Shown: in pieces, positions 22,494 through 31,760 of the stretch
Numbering within the stretch: the first letter of the stretch is position 1
How the letters are laid out: each line of letters starts with the position of its first letter
NCBI GenBank assembly: GCA_964633115.1
Contig: CAZWEO010000001.1
Coordinates: forward strand, 78,162-142,161
Origin: an uncultured Desulfobacterales bacterium
GTDB taxonomy: Bacteria; Desulfobacterota; Desulfobacteria; Desulfobacterales; B30-G6
Direction: 5' to 3'
DNA length: 64,000 bases
The notes under the pieces: model-generated
The model's input: only the letters and a program-made list of their open reading frames with translations
The model's database searches: none
What the model was told of the DNA's origin: nothing
Program-made: the position numbers and the translations under genes

Positions 22494-23471
22494 ATGGAAT
22501 CCGGTCAAAACAAAGTCATGGCATTATCAGACGCTGTTTCGCTATACGTGGTAAATGAATGCCATATTTCCATCGGCGGATTCACCATCAATCGGAACCC
22601 CATGGCCGCTGTATATGAAATCATTCGCCAAGGTATCAAAGGATTGCATGTTTATGCCCATTCCAATGGACAGGGGATTGACGAGTTGGTGGGGGCGGGG
22701 TGTGTGGCCAAGCTAGAAATAGCCTATGCCGGTAGTGGACGTTTCGCACCTACTTGTATCCGTTTTAGAAAAGCTGTGGAGAATGGATCCCTTGCGGTTG
22801 AGGATTATTCCAATTATCAAATGACGTTGCGGTTCTTGGCTGGCGCCATGGGCATCCCTTTTATGCCCACCCGATCCGGGCTTGGCTCAAGTATTGTTGA
22901 TACCTGGGGTTTTGATATACCCACGCGAAGGTCTGATTCCAGACTCCCGGATAAAAAAATAGTCATTATGGACAACCCATTTGGCGATTGGGCGGATGCC
23001 TCACGGCTGGTCCTGGTACCGGCCATTAATCCCGATGTCACCATAATCCACGTTCAACAAGCTGACCCGCATGGAAACTGCCATATTCAAGGATTAACGT
23101 TTGCCGATGTGGAACAGGCAAAAGCTGCAAAAAAAGTTATTGTTACCTGTGAAGAATTGGTGACCAGCGAACAGATCCGGTCACAATCAGACCAAAACCA
23201 GATCCCGTCTTTTTGTGTGGATGCTGTCGTGCCGATACCGTTTGGCGCTTACCCCACAGCCTGTTTTCATCATTATGATTATGATCCAATCCATTTAAAT
23301 ACCTACAAGCAGGCAGCCCAGGATGAGGATCGTTATCTAGCCTATTTGCAAAAATATATTTTTGGTTTGGACAACCATGAAGCGCTATTGAAGCTGGTGG
23401 GCACAGAACAACTTGTTAAAATTAAAGCGGATAAACGAACCGGCTATGCAATGGGACTCGATCGCCGCTAA
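22494..23471 (+). CDS. CoA-transferase subunit A (glutaconate CoA-transferase GctA-like)
   Basis: 325 aa. Family I CoA-transferase alpha-type blocks (ISIGGFTINRNPMA, EIAYAGSG, HVQQADPHGN). Confidence 0.8.
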   Translation: MESGQNKVMALSDAVSLYVVNECHISIGGFTINRNPMAAVYEIIRQGIKGLHVYAHSNGQGIDELVGAGCVAKLEIAYAGSGRFAPTCIRFRKAVENGSLAVEDYSNYQMTLRFLAGAMGIPFMPTRSGLGSSIVDTWGFDIPTRRSDSRLPDKKIVIMDNPFGDWADASRLVLVPAINPDVTIIHVQQADPHGNCHIQGLTFADVEQAKAAKKVIVTCEELVTSEQIRSQSDQNQIPSFCVDAVVPIPFGAYPTACFHHYDYDPIHLNTYKQAAQDEDRYLAYLQKYIFGLDNHEALLKLVGTEQLVKIKADKRTGYAMGLDRR

Positions 23472-23634
23472 TTACTTTCCAGGCATCTGTGTACATAATT
23501 TCTAAATTAGAAAGAGGGGGCGGTTTTGAAAAAGGTTTAAATTCAAGTGCGTGTGGCACAACACAGTCTGTCAGGCCATAGCTCGAAGAGCGACGGCTGA
23601 AAGTTGAGCCTTTTACGAAACCGTTTTTTTAATA

Positions 23635-24408
23635 ATGTCGGAAGAGTACAGCCTTAGAGAGATGATGGCCATTACTGCTGCCCGTCAAATTAAAGATGGG
23701 GATATTGTCTTTTGTGGCACCGGCATATCAATGCTGGCCGCCATGGCCGCCAAGCATATTAGCGCCCCCAAGAGCACAATTTTTTTTGAGACCGGCGCGA
23801 TTGATTCAATCCTCGAGGAGGTCCCGCTCGCCGTGGCTGATCCGCGGGTCATGTATGGGACTGCAGTTAACGGCAGCTTGGCAGACTCCTTTGCAACCAT
23901 GCAAAACAGGCGGACGGGCCGACGGGTAGTCGGAATTATGGGCGCAGCCCAGATAGACCGTTTTGGCAATTTAAATTCAACCGTTATCGGCAATTATCAA
24001 CAGCCCAAAGTCCGGTTCTCAGGAAGTGGTGGGGCCTGTGATGTGGCCTCTTTTGTGGGACGCACCATTATTTTCATGCAGCATGAGAAACGGAAATTTG
24101 TCCGACAAGTGGACTATTTAACCAGTCCGGGGTGGCTGGACGGACCCCGTAGGCGTGAAGAAATCGGCCTCAAGCCGGGAGGGCCGTCAGCGGTGATAAC
24201 CAACATGGCGATTTTGGGGTTTGACAGCAAAACCAAAGAGATGTTTTTAGAAGGCTTTTTCCCAGGTATATCGCCTGTCAAAATTCTAGAACACATGTCG
24301 TTTGAAGTGGATATATCGCGGGCAGTTGAGGTACCAGCACCCAGCAATGAAGAGTTGCAAATTTTAAGAGATGTGTGTGACCCTCAGCGACTTATTTTGG
24401 GCGTATAA
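23635..24408 (+). CDS. CoA-transferase subunit B (GctB-like)
   Basis: 257 aa. Beta-subunit blocks (FCGTGISMLAA, FETGAID, GAAQIDRFGNLNST, SGSGGA). Separated from subunit A by an unusually long 163-bp spacer. Confidence 0.8.
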   Translation: MSEEYSLREMMAITAARQIKDGDIVFCGTGISMLAAMAAKHISAPKSTIFFETGAIDSILEEVPLAVADPRVMYGTAVNGSLADSFATMQNRRTGRRVVGIMGAAQIDRFGNLNSTVIGNYQQPKVRFSGSGGACDVASFVGRTIIFMQHEKRKFVRQVDYLTSPGWLDGPRRREEIGLKPGGPSAVITNMAILGFDSKTKEMFLEGFFPGISPVKILEHMSFEVDISRAVEVPAPSNEELQILRDVCDPQRLILGV

Positions 24409-26393
24409 AATTTTTGCAGTAAAATGACACCCACCAAAAGCATCAATCCGGTAGCATCGGCCCAATACGCCGGCCAAAATAGACCTGCAGCCGCAAGCCA
24501 GAAAAGGATTGTCTCCAACCAGGTAGCCCGTCGTAAAAAGTATCTTTCCAAGCCAGAGGCAAAGGCCACCAATCCCAAGGAGGTGACAGCCATGGTTAGT
24601 ATGACCTCCCAATTGAATAAATCGTAATTTGGGCCAACACCCAGCAGCGGGCGATAGGCCATGATGATCGGAATAATATAGAGGCCTTTGGCCAGTTTCC
24701 AGGAAGTGAAGGCCGTTTGCATGGGATTGGCTCCGGCAACACCAGCACCTGCAAAGCTTGCCAGGCTAACCGGGGGTGTCACGTTGGCATCTTGAGAATA
24801 CCAAAACACAATCATATGTGAAACCATGATAGGTACGCCCATGTCCAAGAGCGCCGGCCCAGCCAGCGTGGCCAGAACAATATAGCTGGCCGTCACTGGC
24901 AGACCCATACCTAGGACTAAGGAAGCACCACCGATTAACAAGATCGCCAGGGCCTTAATGCCGAAACTGAGATCCAGTACCAGGCTGGAAAATTTAAGTC
25001 CCATGCCAGTAAGCGTGACCATACCCACAATGATGCCAGCGGCGGCACAAGCCACCGAAACCATTACAGCGCTTTTGGCACCTTTTTCTAAGGCGCCAAT
25101 TATGGTTTTAAACTCGCGCAGACAAAACGTGGCCAACGATTCGCGATTGGCAGCATCTGCGGAGGGTTGCGCTGCTTGCACGCCCCAGCGGACTGCGTTG
25201 GCGATGAGACTAGCCGCCAGCGTACTCATAACTGCCACAAAACCGGCCATCATCGGAGAGTAATTGGAAACCAATACATAAATGAGTATGACCACCGGTA
25301 TGATGAAATGGAGTCCTTCCTTGATGACATTCCATACTCTGGGAAGATTTTCCTTGGGTTGACCTTCCAGACCATATTTCTTGGCCTCATAGTGAACAAA
25401 AAATAGGACGGTTACATAGTACATAATGGCAGGAACCAGGGCCACTTTGATAATGGTAAGGTAACTGGTGCTGGTAAATTCAGCCATCAAAAATGCACCG
25501 GCACCCATGATGGGCGGCATCAGTTGGCCTCCGGTTGAGGCCGCCGCTTCGATGGCACCGGCAACATGCGGGCGATACCCCACTTTTTTCATCATCGGAA
25601 TGGTAAATGAGCCTGTTGCGACCACATTGCCAACGGCCGAGCCTGATACCGATCCCATAAATCCGGAAGCCACCACGGACGTCTTGGCGGGTCCACCGGA
25701 AAAGCGTCCCGTGAGCGCATAAGCCAGATTGATGAAAAAATTGCCGCCACCGGTATATTCTAAAAAAGCGCCGAAAAGTACGAAAACAAAAACAAAAGTT
25801 GCGGCTACCCCGATGGGTAGTCCGAAGATGCCCTCCGTGGTTAACCACAGGGTCGTGGTTATACGTTCGATGCTGTAGCCTTTGTGAATAATCAGTTCAG
25901 GCATATAGGGTCCGAAAAAGGCGTATAAAATGGCCGTTAAGCAAATCCCTGTCATGATGAAGCCAATGACGCGCCGGCAAGCCTCAAGCACCAACAAGGT
26001 CCCAATAATACTGACAACCAGATCGCTGGGCAACCAGTCACCCTGGCGCTCGAATATATCGGTTAAGTTGGTACAGATATAATAAGTGCAATAGATAGCC
26101 GCCAGTGCCAAGAACCAATCCATAATGACCCAGCCATTCAGTTTATCTTTGCGAGCGCGTTTATAAATAGGATTGAGTAGAAACGTGAGGCATAGGATTG
26201 CGCCCAGGTGAATCGAGCGCTGCACCAGCGCTGTCAGTGCTGTGATCCCGGCGGTGTATAGTTGATACAGGCTGAGGCCAACCGCGATAACCATTACAAC
26301 ACGGGCAGTTGCTGCGACAAGCATTAGGTTGCTATCAGATGGAGGCCTTAGGGGCGATTCTGTTTGCCTCTTAGCGCTAGTTTGATCGGTCAT
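24384..26393 (-). CDS. TAXI-type TRAP transporter fused permease
   Basis: The ORF track starts at 26417. The ATG at 26393 has an AGGAG RBS. About 670 aa and very hydrophobic, with fused small/large TRAP membrane modules. Confidence 0.9.
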   Translation of the reverse strand: MTDQTSAKRQTESPLRPPSDSNLMLVAATARVVMVIAVGLSLYQLYTAGITALTALVQRSIHLGAILCLTFLLNPIYKRARKDKLNGWVIMDWFLALAAIYCTYYICTNLTDIFERQGDWLPSDLVVSIIGTLLVLEACRRVIGFIMTGICLTAILYAFFGPYMPELIIHKGYSIERITTTLWLTTEGIFGLPIGVAATFVFVFVLFGAFLEYTGGGNFFINLAYALTGRFSGGPAKTSVVASGFMGSVSGSAVGNVVATGSFTIPMMKKVGYRPHVAGAIEAAASTGGQLMPPIMGAGAFLMAEFTSTSYLTIIKVALVPAIMYYVTVLFFVHYEAKKYGLEGQPKENLPRVWNVIKEGLHFIIPVVILIYVLVSNYSPMMAGFVAVMSTLAASLIANAVRWGVQAAQPSADAANRESLATFCLREFKTIIGALEKGAKSAVMVSVACAAAGIIVGMVTLTGMGLKFSSLVLDLSFGIKALAILLIGGASLVLGMGLPVTASYIVLATLAGPALLDMGVPIMVSHMIVFWYSQDANVTPPVSLASFAGAGVAGANPMQTAFTSWKLAKGLYIIPIIMAYRPLLGVGPNYDLFNWEVILTMAVTSLGLVAFASGLERYFLRRATWLETILFWLAAAGLFWPAYWADATGLMLLVGVILLQKFYTPKISR

Positions 26394-26422
26394 TCTACAC
26401 TCCTGGTATAGATCCAACCCCT

Positions 26423-26968
26423 TTATGGCGATTGCGGCTTGGGTGTAGCAGGATGCGGTAAAAGCAGTTGTTTTAGTCGGTACAGCAGGCTTATGGAGCG
26501 GGCAGAGAACTGGACCGCCACATGTGCAGCTACACGGGAAAGATTGGTTCGAGTTTCCCGCCAGATAATCGTGTGGTCAACACCGGGGCTGCCAATCCTC
26601 AGAATAAAATTTCCGGTGGGCATATGCATGTCTTCGATTACTTCAAATGGTGCGCGATACACCATGCGGCCTACACCTGGCATGCGCCCCATGCCAGCAC
26701 CGAATTTGAGATAACGTTCTTCTTCGATGTAAATTCGCCCGGTTTTATCAAGGCTGTGTTCTTCCCAAATGGGCGCGTTTTCCACGGAGTGATAGTAATG
26801 CAATGTAAAACGCTCACCCGGCTGCATAGGCAGAACCAGCACGGGAGGCCCCCCTTTTACGGGTTGAATGGTTAATTCAAGGCCTCCCGGTAATAAAACT
26901 AAAATGATTAACAGCGTCAAAAGTAAGCCGGCGATTGAGCCAATGCATATACGTGCCAGCCTGCTCAA
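26423..26968 (-). CDS. DUF1850 protein (TAXI-TRAP associated)
   Basis: 181 aa with an N-terminal TM anchor. Conserved FTLHYYHSVENAPIWE block. Its position between the TAXI receptor and the permease is typical. Confidence 0.8.
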   Translation of the reverse strand: MSRLARICIGSIAGLLLTLLIILVLLPGGLELTIQPVKGGPPVLVLPMQPGERFTLHYYHSVENAPIWEEHSLDKTGRIYIEEERYLKFGAGMGRMPGVGRMVYRAPFEVIEDMHMPTGNFILRIGSPGVDHTIIWRETRTNLSRVAAHVAVQFSARSISLLYRLKQLLLPHPATPKPQSP

Positions 26969-26978
26969 GGTTTTTCCT

Positions 26979-27944
26979 TTAAGGCACTAGGTTTGCCGGT
27001 ACTGCAATACCCTTTTCCTCCAGGTATTTGATGGTTCCCGGATGCAGCGGAATCGGTGAATATTTTACGGCATTTTCAGGTGTGGTGTAGGCGGCCGAAG
27101 GATGTATTTTCATCAAATAGCCGTTTCTCTCGAAAAGGACCTTCGCCAGGCTGTAAACCAAATCCGTATCCAAAGAAGCCTGGCAGATCATGACATTCCA
27201 GACACCAATGGTGGCAACCGGATTGTCTGCCCCGCGGTAGACTCCACCAGATAGCTCAACCGATGAATATTTAGAATTGGCAGCCAGAATTTTCTGGGTT
27301 TGCTCAGGTGTAAAGGCGATAATGTGAATATCATGGGTTGTGGACAAATCCAAAATGGAGCTGGTGCCGGGACCAACAGACCAAACACCCACATCGATGG
27401 TTCCATCGCGAAGTGCGTTGGCGCTTTCGGTAAAAGACAGGCGGCTATCTTTGTAGGAATCCAAAGGAATACCCAAGGCCTTGAAGACAACTTCAGCCAT
27501 GAAGTTCGTCCCGCTGCCGGGGCTGCCGCTACTAATATTGCGTCCTTTGATCTGTTCGATGTTGGTAATACCACTTTTTTTCAAGGTGACCACTTGCAGC
27601 AGGTTCGGATACATGATGGCCATGGAAAGAATATCATGTTTTTTACCTTTGAACTTTCCGGTACCATTCAAACCGGCATCGGCCACATCACCCATAACCT
27701 CGCCGATAACGGTTTCACCCTTGTGGGCTAGTTTGACATTTTCGACACTGGCCCCGGTAACTTCGGCCACAGCTCTTACGCCTTTGACATATTTGGACCA
27801 GATTTCAGCAACACCGCCGCCATAGGGATAATAAATGCCGCCGGTACCACCCGTTCCGATACTAATAAAGGTTGTTTTTGCGGCGACCGGCCCGGCGAGA
27901 GCCAAAACCAAACAAAGCGTCAGGATAACACTGGCTTTTTTCAT
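26979..27944 (-). CDS. TAXI-family TRAP solute receptor
   Basis: 321 aa with signal peptide MKKASVILTLCLVLALAGPVAA. Conserved GTGGTGGIYYPYGGG block. Confidence 0.9.
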   Translation of the reverse strand: MKKASVILTLCLVLALAGPVAAKTTFISIGTGGTGGIYYPYGGGVAEIWSKYVKGVRAVAEVTGASVENVKLAHKGETVIGEVMGDVADAGLNGTGKFKGKKHDILSMAIMYPNLLQVVTLKKSGITNIEQIKGRNISSGSPGSGTNFMAEVVFKALGIPLDSYKDSRLSFTESANALRDGTIDVGVWSVGPGTSSILDLSTTHDIHIIAFTPEQTQKILAANSKYSSVELSGGVYRGADNPVATIGVWNVMICQASLDTDLVYSLAKVLFERNGYLMKIHPSAAYTTPENAVKYSPIPLHPGTIKYLEEKGIAVPANLVP

Positions 27945-27982
27945 ATGCTTAAACCTCCCTTACTCGTTGTAACGTATACAGA

Positions 27983-28417
27983 CTATTCAACTGTACGGAT
28001 TTTTAGAATAACTTCCTTGGGCTGCTTGGTAACCCCTTTGACCGGATAGGTGAATGCGGCCTCTGCTCCCGGCGCAACTAAACCCTTTTTAGTTTTCCTG
28101 GGTATCAGACCGCCCACGGCCTTACCATTGTCCAAGAAGATATTGACTTTAAAACGTTTGGGCTCGGCGGCTAAGTTCTTAACGACAACCTTGAAGTGCA
28201 GGGTTTCAGCACCCTCCCATTTTTTAAAGGAACAGGAAAAGTCTCTCACCTGGGCTACATCAGCCACATCCATGAGAACGTTGTTATTGATCGCACACAA
28301 AAATTCGCTCGGTGCATCTTTGGGTGTGTGGCCTTTGGTGGCGCAACCGGCAAAAGCCAATACAACGGCAAGCGTAATCAGGATTGACCGAACAGAGAGC
28401 CATTTTGAATGCTTCAT
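27983..28417 (-). CDS. Small lipoprotein, unknown function
   Basis: The ORF track starts at 28492. The ATG at 28417 has an AGGAGGG RBS. Lipobox LAFAGC. First gene of the TAXI-TRAP operon. Confidence 0.6.
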   Translation of the reverse strand: MKHSKWLSVRSILITLAVVLAFAGCATKGHTPKDAPSEFLCAINNNVLMDVADVAQVRDFSCSFKKWEGAETLHFKVVVKNLAAEPKRFKVNIFLDNGKAVGGLIPRKTKKGLVAPGAEAAFTYPVKGVTKQPKEVILKIRTVE

Positions 28418-28831
28418 ATTTCCCTCCTTTGGTTGTTTGGTTGAGAGCGAGTTTAACTGGATAGTCTTACGTTTAACTGACCATAACACCAATGGATTGT
28501 CAACTCTAATGCCCTGGAATAAACTATTGTAAAAAGCCTATTAGACTACAACCTGTCTTAAAATTAAAAAATTGGTCCTCTGGCATGGGACTGGAAAAAG
28601 AGAAAGTGGAGCATCATCGTAATATATGCGCATTTTGAACCGCTTTGCTATGCCGTCAGAAGGAATTAGAGTATTTTGGGATAGCTTGTAGTTGTTAAAA
28701 AGATGTTCCGATTCAAGACGACAGTAAAGGAGCACGACTCACATTTTGCTTGAGTAATATCTTTGCGAGATGTTAGGGAATCTCATTTGTTGGCAAATAG
28801 TTTGAAATAAATTCCATTGTAAAGAATCATT

Positions 28832-30031
28832 ATGTATTATGATGTCATCATCATCGGCGGCGGAATCGTGGGATTGTCAACCGCCTGGCAACTTAAGCAG
28901 CGCTTTCCGGACCAGCAGATTCTGGTTCTAGAAAAAGAATCGCAACTGGCCTACCATCAAACCGGGCATAATAGTGGTGTCATTCATGCGGGTGTCTATT
29001 ATCAACCTGGCAGTTTAAAAGCCCAGTTTTGTAAACGCGGTGCCGCGCAAACCATCGATTTTTGCAAAGCGCACCATCTGCCCTATGAGCAGTGCGGTAA
29101 ACTTCTGGTGGCAACCGATGCCCTGGAATATGAACGCATGGCGGCACTTGAAACCCGATGCCGTCAAAACGATATTGAAACCCAGCGTCTGACCGCGGCT
29201 GAACTCATAAAACATGAACCGGCCATTTATGGACACGGGGCCATATTCGTACCAGCCACCGGCATCACTGACTATACAGCCATCACCAACAAAATAGCCG
29301 AGCAATTTTCGGATCTTGGGGGCCACCTGCGACTGGGCAGCGAAGTTATGGCCATTCATGAATATGCTGATCGGATCGATATAACGCTGAATTCTGAAAC
29401 GGTTGCCGGCCGCCATATGGTTGTCTGCGGCGGACTGATGGCCGATCGTTTGGCTCGGATGATGCACATCGATATTAATTTTGGCATTATTCCTTTTCGG
29501 GGTGAATACTACAAGCTAGCTGCAAAGCATAATCATATCATTAAGCACTTGGTCTATCCGATCCCGGATCCGGAGTTGCCTTTTTTGGGTGTGCATTTAA
29601 CCCGCATGATCGACGGCGCCATAACCGTGGGCCCCAATGCTGTCCTGGGGTGGAAACGGGAAGGGTACGCAAAGATAAATTTTGATGTGAGGGACGTACG
29701 CGAAATGGTCTCATTTCCAGGGTTTTGGAAAGTTCTGCGGTCAAACCTCAAATCCGGAATGGACGAGTTCCGGGACTCTTTATACAAACAGGGCTATCTG
29801 CAGCGAGTTCAAAAATACTGTCCGCAGATACAGCGATCAGACCTAAAACCCTATCCGGCCGGCATTCGAGCCCAGGCAGTCATGCAAGACGGCAGCCTGG
29901 TACACGATTTTCTGTTTGCCGAAAGCGAACGTTCGCTGCATGTCTGCAATGCCCCGTCCCCAGCGGCGACATCAGCCATACCCATTGGTGAATATCTATG
30001 CATGAAGCTGGTTGATAAATTTGATTTCTAA
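28832..30031 (+). CDS. lhgO: L-2-hydroxyglutarate oxidase/dehydrogenase
   Basis: 399 aa. FAD fold YDVIIIGGGIVGLSTA followed by HQTGHNSGVIHAGVYY, characteristic of LhgO/YgaF. Confidence 0.85.
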   Translation: MYYDVIIIGGGIVGLSTAWQLKQRFPDQQILVLEKESQLAYHQTGHNSGVIHAGVYYQPGSLKAQFCKRGAAQTIDFCKAHHLPYEQCGKLLVATDALEYERMAALETRCRQNDIETQRLTAAELIKHEPAIYGHGAIFVPATGITDYTAITNKIAEQFSDLGGHLRLGSEVMAIHEYADRIDITLNSETVAGRHMVVCGGLMADRLARMMHIDINFGIIPFRGEYYKLAAKHNHIIKHLVYPIPDPELPFLGVHLTRMIDGAITVGPNAVLGWKREGYAKINFDVRDVREMVSFPGFWKVLRSNLKSGMDEFRDSLYKQGYLQRVQKYCPQIQRSDLKPYPAGIRAQAVMQDGSLVHDFLFAESERSLHVCNAPSPAATSAIPIGEYLCMKLVDKFDF

Positions 30032-30033
30032 TT

Positions 30034-31416
30034 TTAGAATTCGATGTTATTTGGTGTCCGGGGAAAAGGGATCACATCGCGGATGTTGGTAATCCCGGTC
30101 AACAGCATCAAAAGTCGTTCAAAGCCCAGACCAAAGCCACTATGAGGCACACTGCCGTAACGGCGGGAATCAAGATACCACCAGTAGGCTTCTTTGGGTA
30201 GGCCCGCCTCATCAATACGCCGATCCAATACCTCGTAGCGCTCCTCACGCTGGGAACCGCCAATAATTTCACCGATATTGGGAACGAGCACATCCATGGC
30301 CGCCACGGTTTGGTCATCATCGTTGAGGCGCATATAAAAGGCTTTGATTTCTTTGGGGTAATCATAGACGATGACCGGCTTTTTAAAGTGTTTTTCGGTT
30401 AAGTAGCGTTCATGTTCAGACTGCAAATCCTTGCCAAAACCGACTTCATATTCAAAAGTTGTTTTAGATTTAGCGAGAATATCCACGGCATCGGCATAGG
30501 GCAGGCGCACAAAATCGGATTCGATAATTGTCGTTAATGTAGCCATGAGGTTTTTATCCACAAATCGGGCGAAAAGCTCAATGTCTTCCTGACAGGTTTC
30601 AAGGATATGGGCGGTTAAATAGCGGATCATTTCCTCACCCAGATCCATGTTGCCGTTTAGATCGCAAAATGCCATCTCGGGTTCAATCATCCAGAACTCA
30701 GCCACATGCCGGCGTGTATTGGAATTTTCCGCCCGAAAGGTGGGACCGAATGTGTACACATCGCCCAGCGAGAGCGCAAACATCTCAACGGCCAGCTGGC
30801 CGGAAACGGTCAAATTGGCCTCTTTGCCAAAAAAATCTTGTTCATAATCCGGCTTGCCATCTTTGTCGGGTACGTGGCTTAAATCAAAAGCGGTTACACG
30901 AAACAGTTCGCCCGCGCCTTCACAGTCAGATCCGGTTAATATCGGTGTGTGGATGTACAGAAAGCTGCGTTCTTTGAAAAATTTATGGATCGCATAAGCC
31001 AACTCGGAACGAATTCGGAAAGTTGCACCATATTTATTGGTGCGGGGTCGCAGGTGCGCGATGGTTCTCAAAAACTCATCGGTGTGCCGCTTTTTTTGGA
31101 GCGGAAAATCTTCCGGCGCAAGACTGACCACCTCAACAAGCAAGGCAGATAGTTCCCATTTTTGCCCCTTGCCTTGGGAAGGTATCAAGTTGCCTCGGAC
31201 GGCCACCGCAGAACCAGTGGTGAGGCGCTTTACCCCCTCGTATGTCGGTAGCGAATTATCCGCAATGATTTGGAGATTTTTTAAGCAGGAACCATCGTTG
31301 ATTTCCAAAAAGGAAAAGGCTTTGGCGTCTCGCTTGGTTCGCACCCATCCTTTTACCAGGACATCGTCCCTGGGCTCTTCTGATTTCAGCAACTCGTTGA
31401 TCTTAATTCGTGGCAT
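30034..31416 (-). CDS. asnS: Asparagine--tRNA ligase
   Basis: 460 aa. N-terminal OB fold, class II motifs (FRAENSNTRRHVAEFWMIEPE; GSVPHSGFGLGFERL). Confidence 0.95.
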   Translation of the reverse strand: MPRIKINELLKSEEPRDDVLVKGWVRTKRDAKAFSFLEINDGSCLKNLQIIADNSLPTYEGVKRLTTGSAVAVRGNLIPSQGKGQKWELSALLVEVVSLAPEDFPLQKKRHTDEFLRTIAHLRPRTNKYGATFRIRSELAYAIHKFFKERSFLYIHTPILTGSDCEGAGELFRVTAFDLSHVPDKDGKPDYEQDFFGKEANLTVSGQLAVEMFALSLGDVYTFGPTFRAENSNTRRHVAEFWMIEPEMAFCDLNGNMDLGEEMIRYLTAHILETCQEDIELFARFVDKNLMATLTTIIESDFVRLPYADAVDILAKSKTTFEYEVGFGKDLQSEHERYLTEKHFKKPVIVYDYPKEIKAFYMRLNDDDQTVAAMDVLVPNIGEIIGGSQREERYEVLDRRIDEAGLPKEAYWWYLDSRRYGSVPHSGFGLGFERLLMLLTGITNIRDVIPFPRTPNNIEF

Positions 31417-31454
31417 AGCAACTTTCCTTTTTGGTTCTTCAATAAATTTCTGGG

Positions 31455-31483
31455 AATGTATTTTGCTGGTATTAAGGGTTCAA
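31455..31483 (-). promoter_or_regulatory. Putative sigma-70 promoter of asnS
   Basis: On the minus strand: TTGAAC (31483..31478), a 17-nt spacer, then TACATT (31460..31455), about 40 nt upstream of the asnS ATG. The -35 lies inside the first of two tandem 16-mers. Confidence 0.45.
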
Positions 31484-31555
31484 GGATTCCAGGGTCCAAG
31501 GATTCAAGCGATTGTTTCAGAGCAAATTTATATTAAGTTGAATTTTTTCCGGGTG

Positions 31556-31674
31556 TTTCACGGAGCAAGATTGCTGCAGCCGCAAGGCGTCGGACTATGA
31601 GGCCGTAGTATACTAATGTGAATGGTCCGCAACACCGCGGATGCGGTGATATTGCTTCGCCCGTAAGGGTGAAA
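31556..31674. other. Structured ~120-nt element (candidate ncRNA or long imperfect hairpin)
   Basis: Nested complementarity: TTTCAC/GTGAAA (ends), CGGAC/GTCCG (31591..31595 / 31625..31629), GCAGCCGC/GCGGATGC. Local plus-strand hairpins capped by GNRA loops: GCC-GCAA-GGC (31579..31588) and TTCGCCC-GTAA-GGGTGAA (31656..31673). Also CACCGC-GGAT-GCGGTG (31633..31648). Confidence 0.3.
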
Positions 31675-31760
31675 ATTGATGAGAAGAAACGATTCGGTCC
31701 ATTCCCTCTATTTTGTCAATATTTTTAATACTATCTCCTCAACAATTTTCATGAAACAAG

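Noticed and set aside
23472-23634. The 163-bp spacer between the CoA-transferase A and B genes as a possible ncRNA or riboswitch
   Set aside because: Only short, weak hairpins are present (GCTC-gaa-GAGC, GGCT...AGCC), with no recognisable family features. Noted only as an oddity in the C5-island finding.
28791-28805. TGGCAAatagtTTGAa upstream of lhgO as a possible -24/-12 promoter
   Set aside because: Spacing is right, but the essential -12 GC is GA. Too weak to call without conservation data.
31475-31514. Tandem 16-mers as a CRISPR or minisatellite array
   Set aside because: Only two full units are present, with no spacers. They are better interpreted as promoter-associated direct repeats.
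31570-31590. GCAGCCGCAAGG resembling the SRP (4.5S) RNA AGCAGCCA-AGG helix-8 motif
   Set aside because: The surrounding conserved GGAA tetraloop and symmetric-loop sequence (GGUCCGGAAGGAAGCAGCC) are absent, and the length and fold do not match SRP RNA.
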